NCBI GenBank assembly: GCA_021513695.1
Contig: CP084166.1
Location: forward strand, 576,001 to 640,000
Direction: 5' to 3'
Origin: Candidatus Heimdallarchaeum aukensis
GTDB lineage: Archaea; Asgardarchaeota; Heimdallarchaeia; Heimdallarchaeales; Heimdallarchaeaceae
DNA: 64,000 bases
Shown here: in pieces, positions 39,276-48,101 of the stretch
How the letters are laid out: every line of letters starts with the position of its first letter
Position numbering within the stretch: the stretch's first letter is position 1
Notes under the pieces: generated by a model
What the model saw: the letters and a program-made list of their open reading frames with translations, nothing else
What the model was told of the DNA's origin: nothing
The model's database searches: none
Position numbers and translations under genes: made by a program

Positions 39276-39469
39276 ATTCTTTTTTCTTTTAATTTTCTTT
39301 AATTTTCTTTAACTTTACTATCTAAAAGATCTTGAAATTCAAAATTCTGCAATTTAATTATTTGAAATGAACTGTTTAACGTTTAAATTAAATAATAAAA
39401 GGGTTTAACCGAATCTATTTATTAACTCTTATATAATAGATGATTCCTTAATTTTCAAGGTATTAAACA

Positions 39470-40513
39470 ATGAATCCTGTCATTGAAATAGAAAATATTG
39501 AGAAAATATATCGTAAAAAAAGTAGAAAAGGTCTATTTAAGCGTGAATTAATAGAAGTTAGGGCTCTTGATAATATTAGTTTTAACGTTGAAGAAGGGAT
39601 TATTTTTTCTCTTCTTGGTCCTAATGGTGCAGGAAAAACTACTTTAATTAAAATTCTTACTACTTTGCTCTTACCCACAGCAGGAAAAGCAAGAATTTTG
39701 GGTTATGATGTTGTTAAAGAGGGAGGAAAAATTAGGAAGCACATTAATGCTATGCTGATGGGAGAGAGAAGTATTTACTGGAAGTTAACAGGTTATCAGA
39801 ATTTAGAGTATTTTGCTTCATTGTATCACATACCTAGAAAAGTTGCAAAAGTTAAAATCGATAAACTATCTGAAAAGTTAGATCTTAGCGATTTTATTAA
39901 TAGAAAAGTGGAAACTTACTCAAGTGGTCAAAAATTTAAGATAGCTTTTGCTAAATCGCTATTAAATGATCCTAAGCTCATTTTTCTAGATGAACCAACT
40001 GCTACTTTAGACCCAAGAGCAGCAAGAGAAGTCAGAGAAATCATTAAACAACTAAATGACGAAGGAACTACTATTTTTCTTACTACACATAATATGAATG
40101 AAGCAGATGAATTATCAGATGAAGTAGCAATTTTGGATTTAGGAAAAATAATCGAAATCGATACCCCTGAGAATCTAAAAGAACAGATTCATACTTCAGA
40201 GAGTATAGTAATCGATGTTCCTTTTATTGAACTAAGAAGTAAAGATAAATTGTTATCTGATATCAGGAGTCTTTCTTTTGTTAGTGATATTGCCTATAGT
40301 CAAGTGGTCAACGGAAACGGGAATAAAGGAGAAGAAAAAACAAAAATAAGGATAACCACTTCAAAAGAGATTAATTTGTCAAATATTGTAAATCTCTTTG
40401 AAAAAAATTCTATTCCTATCTTATCAATTAATCAAGAGAAAATAAGTCTAGAAGATGTATTTCTATCAAAAACAGGAAGATTACTATCAGAGGATACTAG
40501 TAAAAGGGTGTGA
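39470..40513 (+). CDS. ABC transporter ATP-binding protein
   Basis: Walker A GPNGAGKTT, signature SSGQKFK, Walker B IFLDEPTATLD, H-loop TTHNM. Confidence 0.9.
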   Translation: MNPVIEIENIEKIYRKKSRKGLFKRELIEVRALDNISFNVEEGIIFSLLGPNGAGKTTLIKILTTLLLPTAGKARILGYDVVKEGGKIRKHINAMLMGERSIYWKLTGYQNLEYFASLYHIPRKVAKVKIDKLSEKLDLSDFINRKVETYSSGQKFKIAFAKSLLNDPKLIFLDEPTATLDPRAAREVREIIKQLNDEGTTIFLTTHNMNEADELSDEVAILDLGKIIEIDTPENLKEQIHTSESIVIDVPFIELRSKDKLLSDIRSLSFVSDIAYSQVVNGNGNKGEEKTKIRITTSKEINLSNIVNLFEKNSIPILSINQEKISLEDVFLSKTGRLLSEDTSKRV

Positions 40514-41421
40514 TTCAAATTATTGAGAAACAAGAATCTTTTTCTTATTTTTTCAAGAAAAATCTTATTGTCGTTAAAGGAGTATTTAGACAACAATGGC
40601 AAATAGCAAAGTCTTATCTCTCAAATACTAGTATTGCATTCATTGTACCAATTGTAATGACTGCACTTCCTTTATTACTTATAAGAGCAGTAGGAGTAGA
40701 TGAACAACTTATTGCAGCTAACTTTTTTGGAGGGCATTCTGGGTCTATAAGTGGTTTTATTGCTATCGGGTCTAATATCTGGATGTTAATGCTTGCTATT
40801 CTCTGGGATTTTTCAACTTATTTACGTGATGAGCAAATGACAGGAACACTAGAAACACTACTTATGAGTCCGGCTAAAAGATATTCTATCATCGCTGGAA
40901 GAGCAAGTTTTTCTATCCTTTTTAATGTAATAATAAGCTTTTTTGCAACTATCATCAGTTTATTGATCTTTGCGAGAGATATGCTTTTTGAAATTGGACT
41001 ATTACCATTGTTTTTACTCTTGGTTCTCACTGTGATTGGTTGCTTACCTATGATTGGCCTTTCTTACTTCATTGGTGCATTAGTCCTGAAGTTTAAAGAA
41101 GTTTATTCTTTAGTTAATCTTCTTCAATGGTTTTTTGGTCTTATAATGGGGGTGTATGTTCCAATTACTAGCCTACCTTTGATAGTGAGAGTATTTAGCA
41201 TAATGTTCCCAGCTACATGGAGTGTATCTGATATTAGAGCTATTACTGCAGGTTCTCCACCTATGTTGTTATTATTGGGAATAAAAAATGCAGGATTCCC
41301 TATATTGATAAGCACATTAATAGTTATAGGATTTGCAATCTTTTGGGGAATAATAGGTTTTGTAGTATTTTCAAAATACGAGCTTAAAATCAAGAGAAAT
41401 GAAGGTTTAAGTAAATATTAG
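40510..41421 (+). CDS. ABC-2 type permease
   Basis: 6 TM helices; translationally coupled (4-bp overlap) to the ATPase. Confidence 0.6.
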   Translation: MIQIIEKQESFSYFFKKNLIVVKGVFRQQWQIAKSYLSNTSIAFIVPIVMTALPLLLIRAVGVDEQLIAANFFGGHSGSISGFIAIGSNIWMLMLAILWDFSTYLRDEQMTGTLETLLMSPAKRYSIIAGRASFSILFNVIISFFATIISLLIFARDMLFEIGLLPLFLLLVLTVIGCLPMIGLSYFIGALVLKFKEVYSLVNLLQWFFGLIMGVYVPITSLPLIVRVFSIMFPATWSVSDIRAITAGSPPMLLLLGIKNAGFPILISTLIVIGFAIFWGIIGFVVFSKYELKIKRNEGLSKY

Positions 41422-41432
41422 GAGTTGAAGTT

Positions 41433-42287
41433 ATGGAAAGTTTAGCAAATAAATTCAAGAAAATTAACAATAATATTAATGTTTTAATCAGTCAAATTAA
41501 AAAAGTTATAATTATCCAACTTAACTATCCAATAGACTTTGTTACACAAATATTCACAGCAGTTTTTGTTGGTTTATGGTTCGTCTTTCTTTTCCAGTCA
41601 TTATCTAGTGGAAATGTTTCTGAATCAAGTGATTTTGGAGCTTTTATGGTTTGGGGTTTAGTCGCCTTCTTCTTCTACAGTACAGCTTTATGGTCTATAG
41701 GTAGATTCGTAAGAAGAGAACAATTAACAGGAACTTTGGAATCTATTTGGATTACACCAAATAATAAAAATTGGGTAATTATTTCGAATGGAGTGGGAGA
41801 ATACTTCATTTTTGCTGCTGCAAACCTATTTATAATTACAGCTTTCTCACTTTTTGTTAAAATACCTTTTAACAATCTTGGAATGGGAATAATTATCTTA
41901 TTTTTAGAGTTTGTTCAATCTATTGGATACGGTCTATTTTATGGAGCTCTTGTCTTCAAAATAAAAAATGCTAATGCAATAAGTAACTTAGTACAGTTTG
42001 GTTCTATAATAATATGTGCAGTTTTCTTTCCCTTTAGCGTTTTCCCAGATTGGATGATATGGATATCTCGACTTCATCCTTTTAGTTGGGTAGTTGATTC
42101 TTTAAGATCTAATATGATGGGTAAAGAGCCTGAACTCATAAATAAAGGTATATGGGGACTAACAGCTTTGCAAACAGAGATTGTTATTCAAATTCTGATA
42201 AATATGGCACTTTTAGCTATTGGTCTGCTACTATTCAATTGTGTAAAAAAGAAAGCTTTAGTTGATGGAACTTTATCTCATTATTAG
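41433..42287 (+). CDS. ABC-2 type permease (second membrane component)
   Basis: 6 TM helices; same operon. Confidence 0.55.
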   Translation: MESLANKFKKINNNINVLISQIKKVIIIQLNYPIDFVTQIFTAVFVGLWFVFLFQSLSSGNVSESSDFGAFMVWGLVAFFFYSTALWSIGRFVRREQLTGTLESIWITPNNKNWVIISNGVGEYFIFAAANLFIITAFSLFVKIPFNNLGMGIIILFLEFVQSIGYGLFYGALVFKIKNANAISNLVQFGSIIICAVFFPFSVFPDWMIWISRLHPFSWVVDSLRSNMMGKEPELINKGIWGLTALQTEIVIQILINMALLAIGLLLFNCVKKKALVDGTLSHY

Positions 42288-42298
42288 TTCCATCTCAA

Positions 42299-42883
42299 CT
42301 ATTTTCCAAACAACAATCTAATTTTAGTTTCTATTTCTTTAACCTCTTGCTCTTTTCCCTCTTGTGATAAAACTTTTGCGAGAAGTGATAAAATATCCTT
42401 TGAACCAGGGTTTATTTCTATTGCTTTTTTAAGCAAAGTTTCTGCTTTTGCTAGTTCTTTTTTTTCAACTTTTAGTTTAGCTAATTCAAAAAGCGCAGAA
42501 CTGTTTGTACTATCACTTTCTACTGCTTTTGCAAAAGCATTCTCTGCTTCTTCAACATTTTCAAGTTTTAAATAACAGATACCCAAGTTAAACCAAGTTA
42601 TAGTATCGGAATTGTTAATACTGAGAGCCTTGTTATAAAGTTCTAAAGCTTTTTCAAGATCTCCTTTCTTTTCAGTCAAAACTCCTAAGTTAGTTAAACA
42701 TTGAACATAGCTTGGTTCATACTCTAAAGCAGTTTTATAAGCATGAATGGCTTCATCTATTTCTCCTTTTGACTCGAGAATTGCTCCTAGATTAAACCAC
42801 CCAAAAGGATCTGATGGATTTTCTCTTATATATTCCTTAAGATCTTCTATTATTTCGGACATTTCTTCATCCATTTTTATCAC
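42299..42883 (-). CDS. TPR-repeat protein
   Basis: Five 34-aa repeats with W-LG-Y / A-F-A-P signature positions. Confidence 0.65.
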   Translation of the reverse strand: MIKMDEEMSEIIEDLKEYIRENPSDPFGWFNLGAILESKGEIDEAIHAYKTALEYEPSYVQCLTNLGVLTEKKGDLEKALELYNKALSINNSDTITWFNLGICYLKLENVEEAENAFAKAVESDSTNSSALFELAKLKVEKKELAKAETLLKKAIEINPGSKDILSLLAKVLSQEGKEQEVKEIETKIRLLFGK

Positions 42884-42944
42884 TGAACTATTGAACTAGG
42901 AGCTTTTCTCTTTTTCTTTTATATATTTTGCCTATATAAATTTA

Positions 42945-43190
42945 GGTAGTGTCTAGTTTTCTTCCGACAAAAATATTTGTGGGGACTCTAATAGTAAGAT
43001 ATGAAAACACAAAAACTATCTGCTCTTTTTAAGAGATGCAGAGTCCCCAAAAAAATAATAATAAAAGCTATTTATGAATATATTGGTTCAAAGAATGGTT
43101 TGAAGACAGTAGCATGGAAGAATGGTTTAACGCATCAAACATTATGCTATTGGGTAAAGAAGTTCAGGCTCTTTAGGGAACGTTTAAAAA
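42945..43190 (+). mobile_element. truncated second copy (left end, ~245 bp) of the IS6-like element, including the transposase N-terminal fragment
   Basis: About 95% nucleotide identity to 8093..8340: same left IR ggtagtgtctagtttt and the first 60 transposase codons. Homology ends at about 43190 and there is no right IR. Confidence 0.65.
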
Positions 43191-43312
43191 AATAACTTTT
43201 TGATTCCAATAAACATTTAATACATTACCTTTTTTATTAATGTACAATTAGATTACAACAACAATTAAATATTAGTCATGCATCTAGTTTATTTGGTAAA
43301 AAAGGGGTAGAA

Positions 43313-45883
43313 ATGTCTTCTAAAGATAAAAAACAATCTTCAGAACTAGAAAAAGCGATATTAGAAGCAAAATCAAGATTACAAAAAGTTGTTTCAAAGA
43401 AAGAAGGAAAATATATAAGAAAAAACGAATTAGAAAATGCGATTAATGAAGCTATTAGGAGTTTAAAACCTGTTTCTGAAGAATTAATTAATAAAAAAAT
43501 GAAAAACAGTGCTTTTAAAGAAGAACTATTAAAAGCAAAGTCTGAACTAAAACAAGTAAAACAAGCAAAGAAGAGAGTAACAAAGAACGAAATGGAATTA
43601 GCTATTAAAGAGGCTATTAAAAATCTAAAACCAATAACTGAAAAAGGAAAAAAACAAATGACTTCAAAAGGAGAACTAGAATTAGCCATTTTAGACGCTT
43701 TTTCTAAACTCATAGAAGTTTCAGAAGAAGAGAAAAACTATGCATTAACTAAAAAAGAACTGGAAATAATAATAAGAGATGCAAAGAGTAAATTGAAAAA
43801 AGTGCCAGGAAAAGAACTTAGGCACGCATTATCTAAAAAAGAGATTGAGCACGAACTAAGAGACCTAAAAAGAAAATTAAAACCTGTTCCAGAACAAGTA
43901 AAAGTTCCAGAACTCTCAGTTAAACAACTTAGAACAGCAATTAAAGAAGCAAAAGTAAGATTAAAACCAGTTCCAGAGAATTTAAAAAGCATAAGTTCTA
44001 TCTCAGTGGGAAGATCAATCAAGAAAGAAGGAGAGAAAATAAAAAGGAAACTTCTTCCAATTCCAGGAGACGCAAAAACTTTTGAAATACAAAATATCGA
44101 ACATATTAAACTCTTTTCTGCAGAAAGATTGGATTTCAAGAAGTTCTTAATAAAACTAGAAAAACAGAAACAACAACCACTACTAAAAATAATAATCAAT
44201 CCAAAAACAAAGTTCTGTAAGATAGAATTAATGAACAAAGATAACCCCACTTCTCCATACAACATTACGGCGGGAGGAGATATTTTAGAATTCACATATA
44301 CTTATCGTTTCTTATTTAAACACGGTTACATAAAAATAGAGAATAACTACCCTCTACTCCTTTCAGATAAACAATGGATTGTGTGGTATCTGAGAGAAAA
44401 AATAGAATTAACTTTCGTGGATATAGCCTTTGCAATGGACGAAACAGTAAGAAACGTGAGAAACTTGTTCAATCAAGCAGAAAAAAGAATAAATCAAATA
44501 CTAGACTTCGTTGTAAATGAAGAGCATTACCAGCTAGTTGCAGCACATGCAATGAAAAGAAAAGGAGTAAGAATACAACAGATTGGAGATACAATAATAG
44601 AGCCAAAAATTACAGAAAAATATCTGATTGAACAACAACAACTAGAAGAGCTAACACATATTGAAGAACTTGAAAAGAAAGTAGAAATACCAAGAGAGTG
44701 GGTAATAAAAACAGCTTATAAAATAGAAACACTAAAGGGAGGATATTATCTGTGGAAAGAGTTTCTAGGAGCACTAAACAAAGATTCCCTGTTGATGATA
44801 GAGAACGACAGCTTACCCCACGAAGAAGAATACTTGATAAACGCAATAGGTTTAGGAGGAGAGATAATTCCTGACATCAAGAGCAACTTCAAAAAACTCA
44901 TAGACATATTCTCAGAAGCTCCAGATGAACTAGTAAAAATAGGAGATACAGCCTTTTTCATGGGTTATATGGATAACATTTATTCTAGCCAATTTTGGAA
45001 TATAAGAAACTTCGTTAAAGGAAACAGGAAAAATTGGAAAAAAGATTTCGTAAAAATAGCAATAAAAGCATATTCAAAAGCTCTAGAAAAAATTAACCCA
45101 GCAGTTTATCCTATAAAGTACGGAGTGCTAAAAAACGATTTAGGAGTGTTCTACTTTTTTCTATCAGAACTAGAGCAAACTAAAAAGAATACTCTAGAAG
45201 CAATCAAAAATATGCAAGAAGCAAAAAATGCATTACCTTTAGAATTCTTTAAAACAAAACATAGCGATATATGCTACAATTTAGGACTAGCCCACTTATT
45301 AATTTCAAAAATAGAAAACAAAGAAGAGAACATAAAACAGGCAATTCTAAATTTCAATTTTGCCCTACAAGGAAGAACATTAAGAATGTACCCTCTAAAA
45401 TACGCGATAACGGAAGTAAATCTAGGAATAGTCTACCAAAAACTGGCAGAAATAGAAGAAACGTCATTAAACTGCACACTAAGTATAGAATCTTATAACA
45501 ACGCTCTACGATCAAACACACTAGACATAATGCCCACAGAAGCAGCAATGATATACAACAACATAGGACTAGCTTATTGCACATTATCAAAAGAACAAGA
45601 AACAGAATACAATATTTCACAAGCATTAATAGTACTAAACGATGCTTTAACAATAAGAAATGAAGCACAGTTCCCAGTTGAATACGCAATAACAACAAGT
45701 ATTTTAGGAAAAGCTTACACAATTTTAGCTACAGTCAAAGAAACAAAAAAGAATTACGAAAAAGCTATATCTGCATTTAACAAAGCAATTAGAATATTTA
45801 TCAAGAAATACGAAGATTTCTATCAAGCTATAATTCATGAAAAGGAGAAAATTGAAGAAAAACTAATAGATATTTCACAATAG
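43313..45883 (+). CDS. large repeat protein: N-terminal ~9 Lys/Glu-rich 25-30-aa tandem repeats, central sigma-70-region-4/LuxR-like HTH, C-terminal TPR-like helical repeats
   Basis: Repeats ELEKAILEAKSRLQKV / ELENAINEAIRSLKPV / MELAIKEAIKNLKPI ... LRTAIKEAKVRLKPVPE. HTH candidate LSDKQWIVWYLREKIELTFVDIAFAMDETVRNVRNLFNQAEKRIN. Minus-strand ORFs here are shadows. Confidence 0.55.
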   Translation: MSSKDKKQSSELEKAILEAKSRLQKVVSKKEGKYIRKNELENAINEAIRSLKPVSEELINKKMKNSAFKEELLKAKSELKQVKQAKKRVTKNEMELAIKEAIKNLKPITEKGKKQMTSKGELELAILDAFSKLIEVSEEEKNYALTKKELEIIIRDAKSKLKKVPGKELRHALSKKEIEHELRDLKRKLKPVPEQVKVPELSVKQLRTAIKEAKVRLKPVPENLKSISSISVGRSIKKEGEKIKRKLLPIPGDAKTFEIQNIEHIKLFSAERLDFKKFLIKLEKQKQQPLLKIIINPKTKFCKIELMNKDNPTSPYNITAGGDILEFTYTYRFLFKHGYIKIENNYPLLLSDKQWIVWYLREKIELTFVDIAFAMDETVRNVRNLFNQAEKRINQILDFVVNEEHYQLVAAHAMKRKGVRIQQIGDTIIEPKITEKYLIEQQQLEELTHIEELEKKVEIPREWVIKTAYKIETLKGGYYLWKEFLGALNKDSLLMIENDSLPHEEEYLINAIGLGGEIIPDIKSNFKKLIDIFSEAPDELVKIGDTAFFMGYMDNIYSSQFWNIRNFVKGNRKNWKKDFVKIAIKAYSKALEKINPAVYPIKYGVLKNDLGVFYFFLSELEQTKKNTLEAIKNMQEAKNALPLEFFKTKHSDICYNLGLAHLLISKIENKEENIKQAILNFNFALQGRTLRMYPLKYAITEVNLGIVYQKLAEIEETSLNCTLSIESYNNALRSNTLDIMPTEAAMIYNNIGLAYCTLSKEQETEYNISQALIVLNDALTIRNEAQFPVEYAITTSILGKAYTILATVKETKKNYEKAISAFNKAIRIFIKKYEDFYQAIIHEKEKIEEKLIDISQ

Positions 45884-46017
45884 TTTTTTCTTTCTTCTAT
45901 TTTCAATTTGCTAAATGTTTAATTAGTATACTGAGACAAATTTTAGGTATTTACTTGATTTATTGGTAGTATTTTTACTTATGTTTATAAATAAAAAATA
46001 CTATATTTTATTGCAAA

Positions 46018-48018
46018 ATGAAAAGTTTTTTACCTAAATTTCTGCTTAATGAAATCGATCTTTATTTAGATGATTCTCAGAAGTCTATTTTTGAAGAGAA
46101 GGTTAAAAGTATTGTAAGTAATGCTTCTGACTATGATACGATTTCCAAGGACATTACTGCCTTTCTTTTGAATGAAGATTTTACTGATTTAACGACTTAT
46201 GATCAAATGCTTATTCTTGTTTCAATTCTTCTAAATTACTGGAAAAAGGATTATTCTCTTATTTTTAGCATCTATGACAAATTTCATTCTTTTGATTTAC
46301 CTCTTAGCGTTATGATTTGTTTTCTTCTATTTTTTCAAGAATCTTTTGATTTAACCACTTTTAACCTTTGGAGAGAGAAGATAGAAGAGTACATTACAAA
46401 CATTTCTGATTCTACTGAAAAAGAATTTCTTAAAACTGCTATTGAGCAATTTGCTTCTAAGCTTGAGCAAAGGCCTGAGGTTGGTTATCGTTCTATGAAT
46501 CAGCTTATTCGTTCTCTTGAGGAGAATGAGCATATTTCTTATCGATATCCTTTTGTTTTCGAGGCTTTAGAGATTGATCTTATTCAGTACTCTAACATTT
46601 TAGCTGATGAAGTTTTTTCTGAAATCTGGATTGAGTCCGCTAGAAGAAGAGCTGAAGTTATGGAAAACTATGGCATGTTAGTTCAAGTTAACAGCCTTCT
46701 TGCTAGTATTTTAGTTAAAGAGTATCATCTTGAAAAAGCTAAAGAGAAAATTGAGGAGGGGTTAGAGATTGCTAAGAGGATCAATTCTCCTATTTTAGCT
46801 GCTCAAATTGAGTTGAACAAGGCCTTGTTATTGAAGATGCAAGGTAAGTTGGACGAAGCTTTGAAGTTATATGAAAAAATTGCTAAAGTTAAGAATCTTC
46901 CTCAAACTTTTCAATTGGATATTTACAGTAAAATAGGTGAAATTTATCTCAACAAGGACGAGATAGTTAAAGCTGAAGAATACTACCTTAAAGCTCACGA
47001 GATTAATAAGAAACTTAATTTTATCAATCCTCTTGTTGAAATAGTTATAGGTTACATTAACCTGATTTTAGAGAAAGATAAGGGGGAAGCTTTAGATGAG
47101 GGGTTGAAGATTGCTGAAGAACAGTTTGATTTTTCTTCTATTCCTTACTACTACTTCTACAAAGGTATTTATGAGCAACAAAGGGTTAACTTATCCTTAT
47201 CTATTGAATACCTTGAACAAGCTTTGAACTCTTTTGAGCACCAAAAGAACTTTGAGGGTATTGTTTATACTAACGGTGCATTGGCAGAGTCTTATCTTCA
47301 GATTTACAAGCTTCTTCACGATAACAAATATTCTTCTCGGTTCCTCTATTATATTGACAATCTTATTGAAATACTAAAGGAGTTAAACAATCCTTTGTAT
47401 GTTGAAGCAATAAAGACTAAAGCAGGTTACTATTTAGATAAAGGTTTAATTAAAAATGCTGAAGATCTGTTTATTGATGGAATAGAATTTGCTAGGACAC
47501 GAGGATTAAAAGAGGAAGAAATATATCTTAAGGAATCGCTTACTAACAAGAAGAATTTAACAAAAATAACTTTAGAAGGTACTCAAATACTCTTTAGAAA
47601 AATAAGGATGTTCAGCTTTGGTAAGCATAAAACTGTTCCCACCAAATTATACTTACTTTTAGCCATTAATGAAGCTGGAATTCCTTTAGTTTCTCACTCT
47701 TTTACTGAAGAAGAGATGGTAGATGATCTTTTAGTTTCAGGGTTAATTTCAGCTATAATTAATTTCTCTTCTGAAGTTCTAGGAAAAGGAGGAGAAACCT
47801 TACGATCAATAAATCATGAGGGCAAAGCTGTTATAGTAGAGAAAAAGGACAATGTGATGGGTATCTTAGTTGCTGAAGATGAGAATTTCGAGATGAGACT
47901 GGAACTTAGACAGTTTTTGCAGAAAGCGCTTGATAAGTTAGTTTCTGGACTTCCTATTGTCAGAGAAAACGACAGTGAGATTTTTTCTATTATAGAAGAA
48001 GTTTTTGAGAGAAAATAA
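46018..48018 (+). CDS. TPR-repeat protein with C-terminal Roadblock/LC7 (MglB-like) domain
   Basis: Multiple TPR-like helices in residues 200-520. C-terminal LLLAINEAGIPLVSHSF...LVSGLISAIINFSSEVLG...EGKAVIVEKKDNVMGILVAED matches the Roadblock beta-alpha-beta-beta-alpha layout. Confidence 0.6.
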   Translation: MKSFLPKFLLNEIDLYLDDSQKSIFEEKVKSIVSNASDYDTISKDITAFLLNEDFTDLTTYDQMLILVSILLNYWKKDYSLIFSIYDKFHSFDLPLSVMICFLLFFQESFDLTTFNLWREKIEEYITNISDSTEKEFLKTAIEQFASKLEQRPEVGYRSMNQLIRSLEENEHISYRYPFVFEALEIDLIQYSNILADEVFSEIWIESARRRAEVMENYGMLVQVNSLLASILVKEYHLEKAKEKIEEGLEIAKRINSPILAAQIELNKALLLKMQGKLDEALKLYEKIAKVKNLPQTFQLDIYSKIGEIYLNKDEIVKAEEYYLKAHEINKKLNFINPLVEIVIGYINLILEKDKGEALDEGLKIAEEQFDFSSIPYYYFYKGIYEQQRVNLSLSIEYLEQALNSFEHQKNFEGIVYTNGALAESYLQIYKLLHDNKYSSRFLYYIDNLIEILKELNNPLYVEAIKTKAGYYLDKGLIKNAEDLFIDGIEFARTRGLKEEEIYLKESLTNKKNLTKITLEGTQILFRKIRMFSFGKHKTVPTKLYLLLAINEAGIPLVSHSFTEEEMVDDLLVSGLISAIINFSSEVLGKGGETLRSINHEGKAVIVEKKDNVMGILVAEDENFEMRLELRQFLQKALDKLVSGLPIVRENDSEIFSIIEEVFERK

Positions 48019-48101
48019 AACTAAAATTAAAACTAAAATTGAAATTAAAAGCAAAATTGAAATTATAAAATCAAAGAAGGTAAAAATTAGGAAAAAAGAG
48101 A

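Noticed and set aside
39281-39320. aattttcttt x3 tandem repeat after the P-type ATPase stop
   Set aside because: Short T-rich repeat consistent with an archaeal oligo-T terminator; not independently interesting.
43276-44295. Two minus-strand ORFs (145 and 185 aa) opposite the 856-aa repeat protein
   Set aside because: Low-complexity Ser/Phe/Leu-rich translations typical of antisense shadows of a Lys/Glu-rich gene; the + strand ORF is long and continuous.
48019-48101. Imperfect aaactaaaatt(g) 12-bp periodicity between convergent gene ends
   Set aside because: Just A/T-rich low complexity in a 3' convergent intergenic spacer. It reads as oligo-T on the minus strand, an archaeal terminator-like tract, but nothing more specific.
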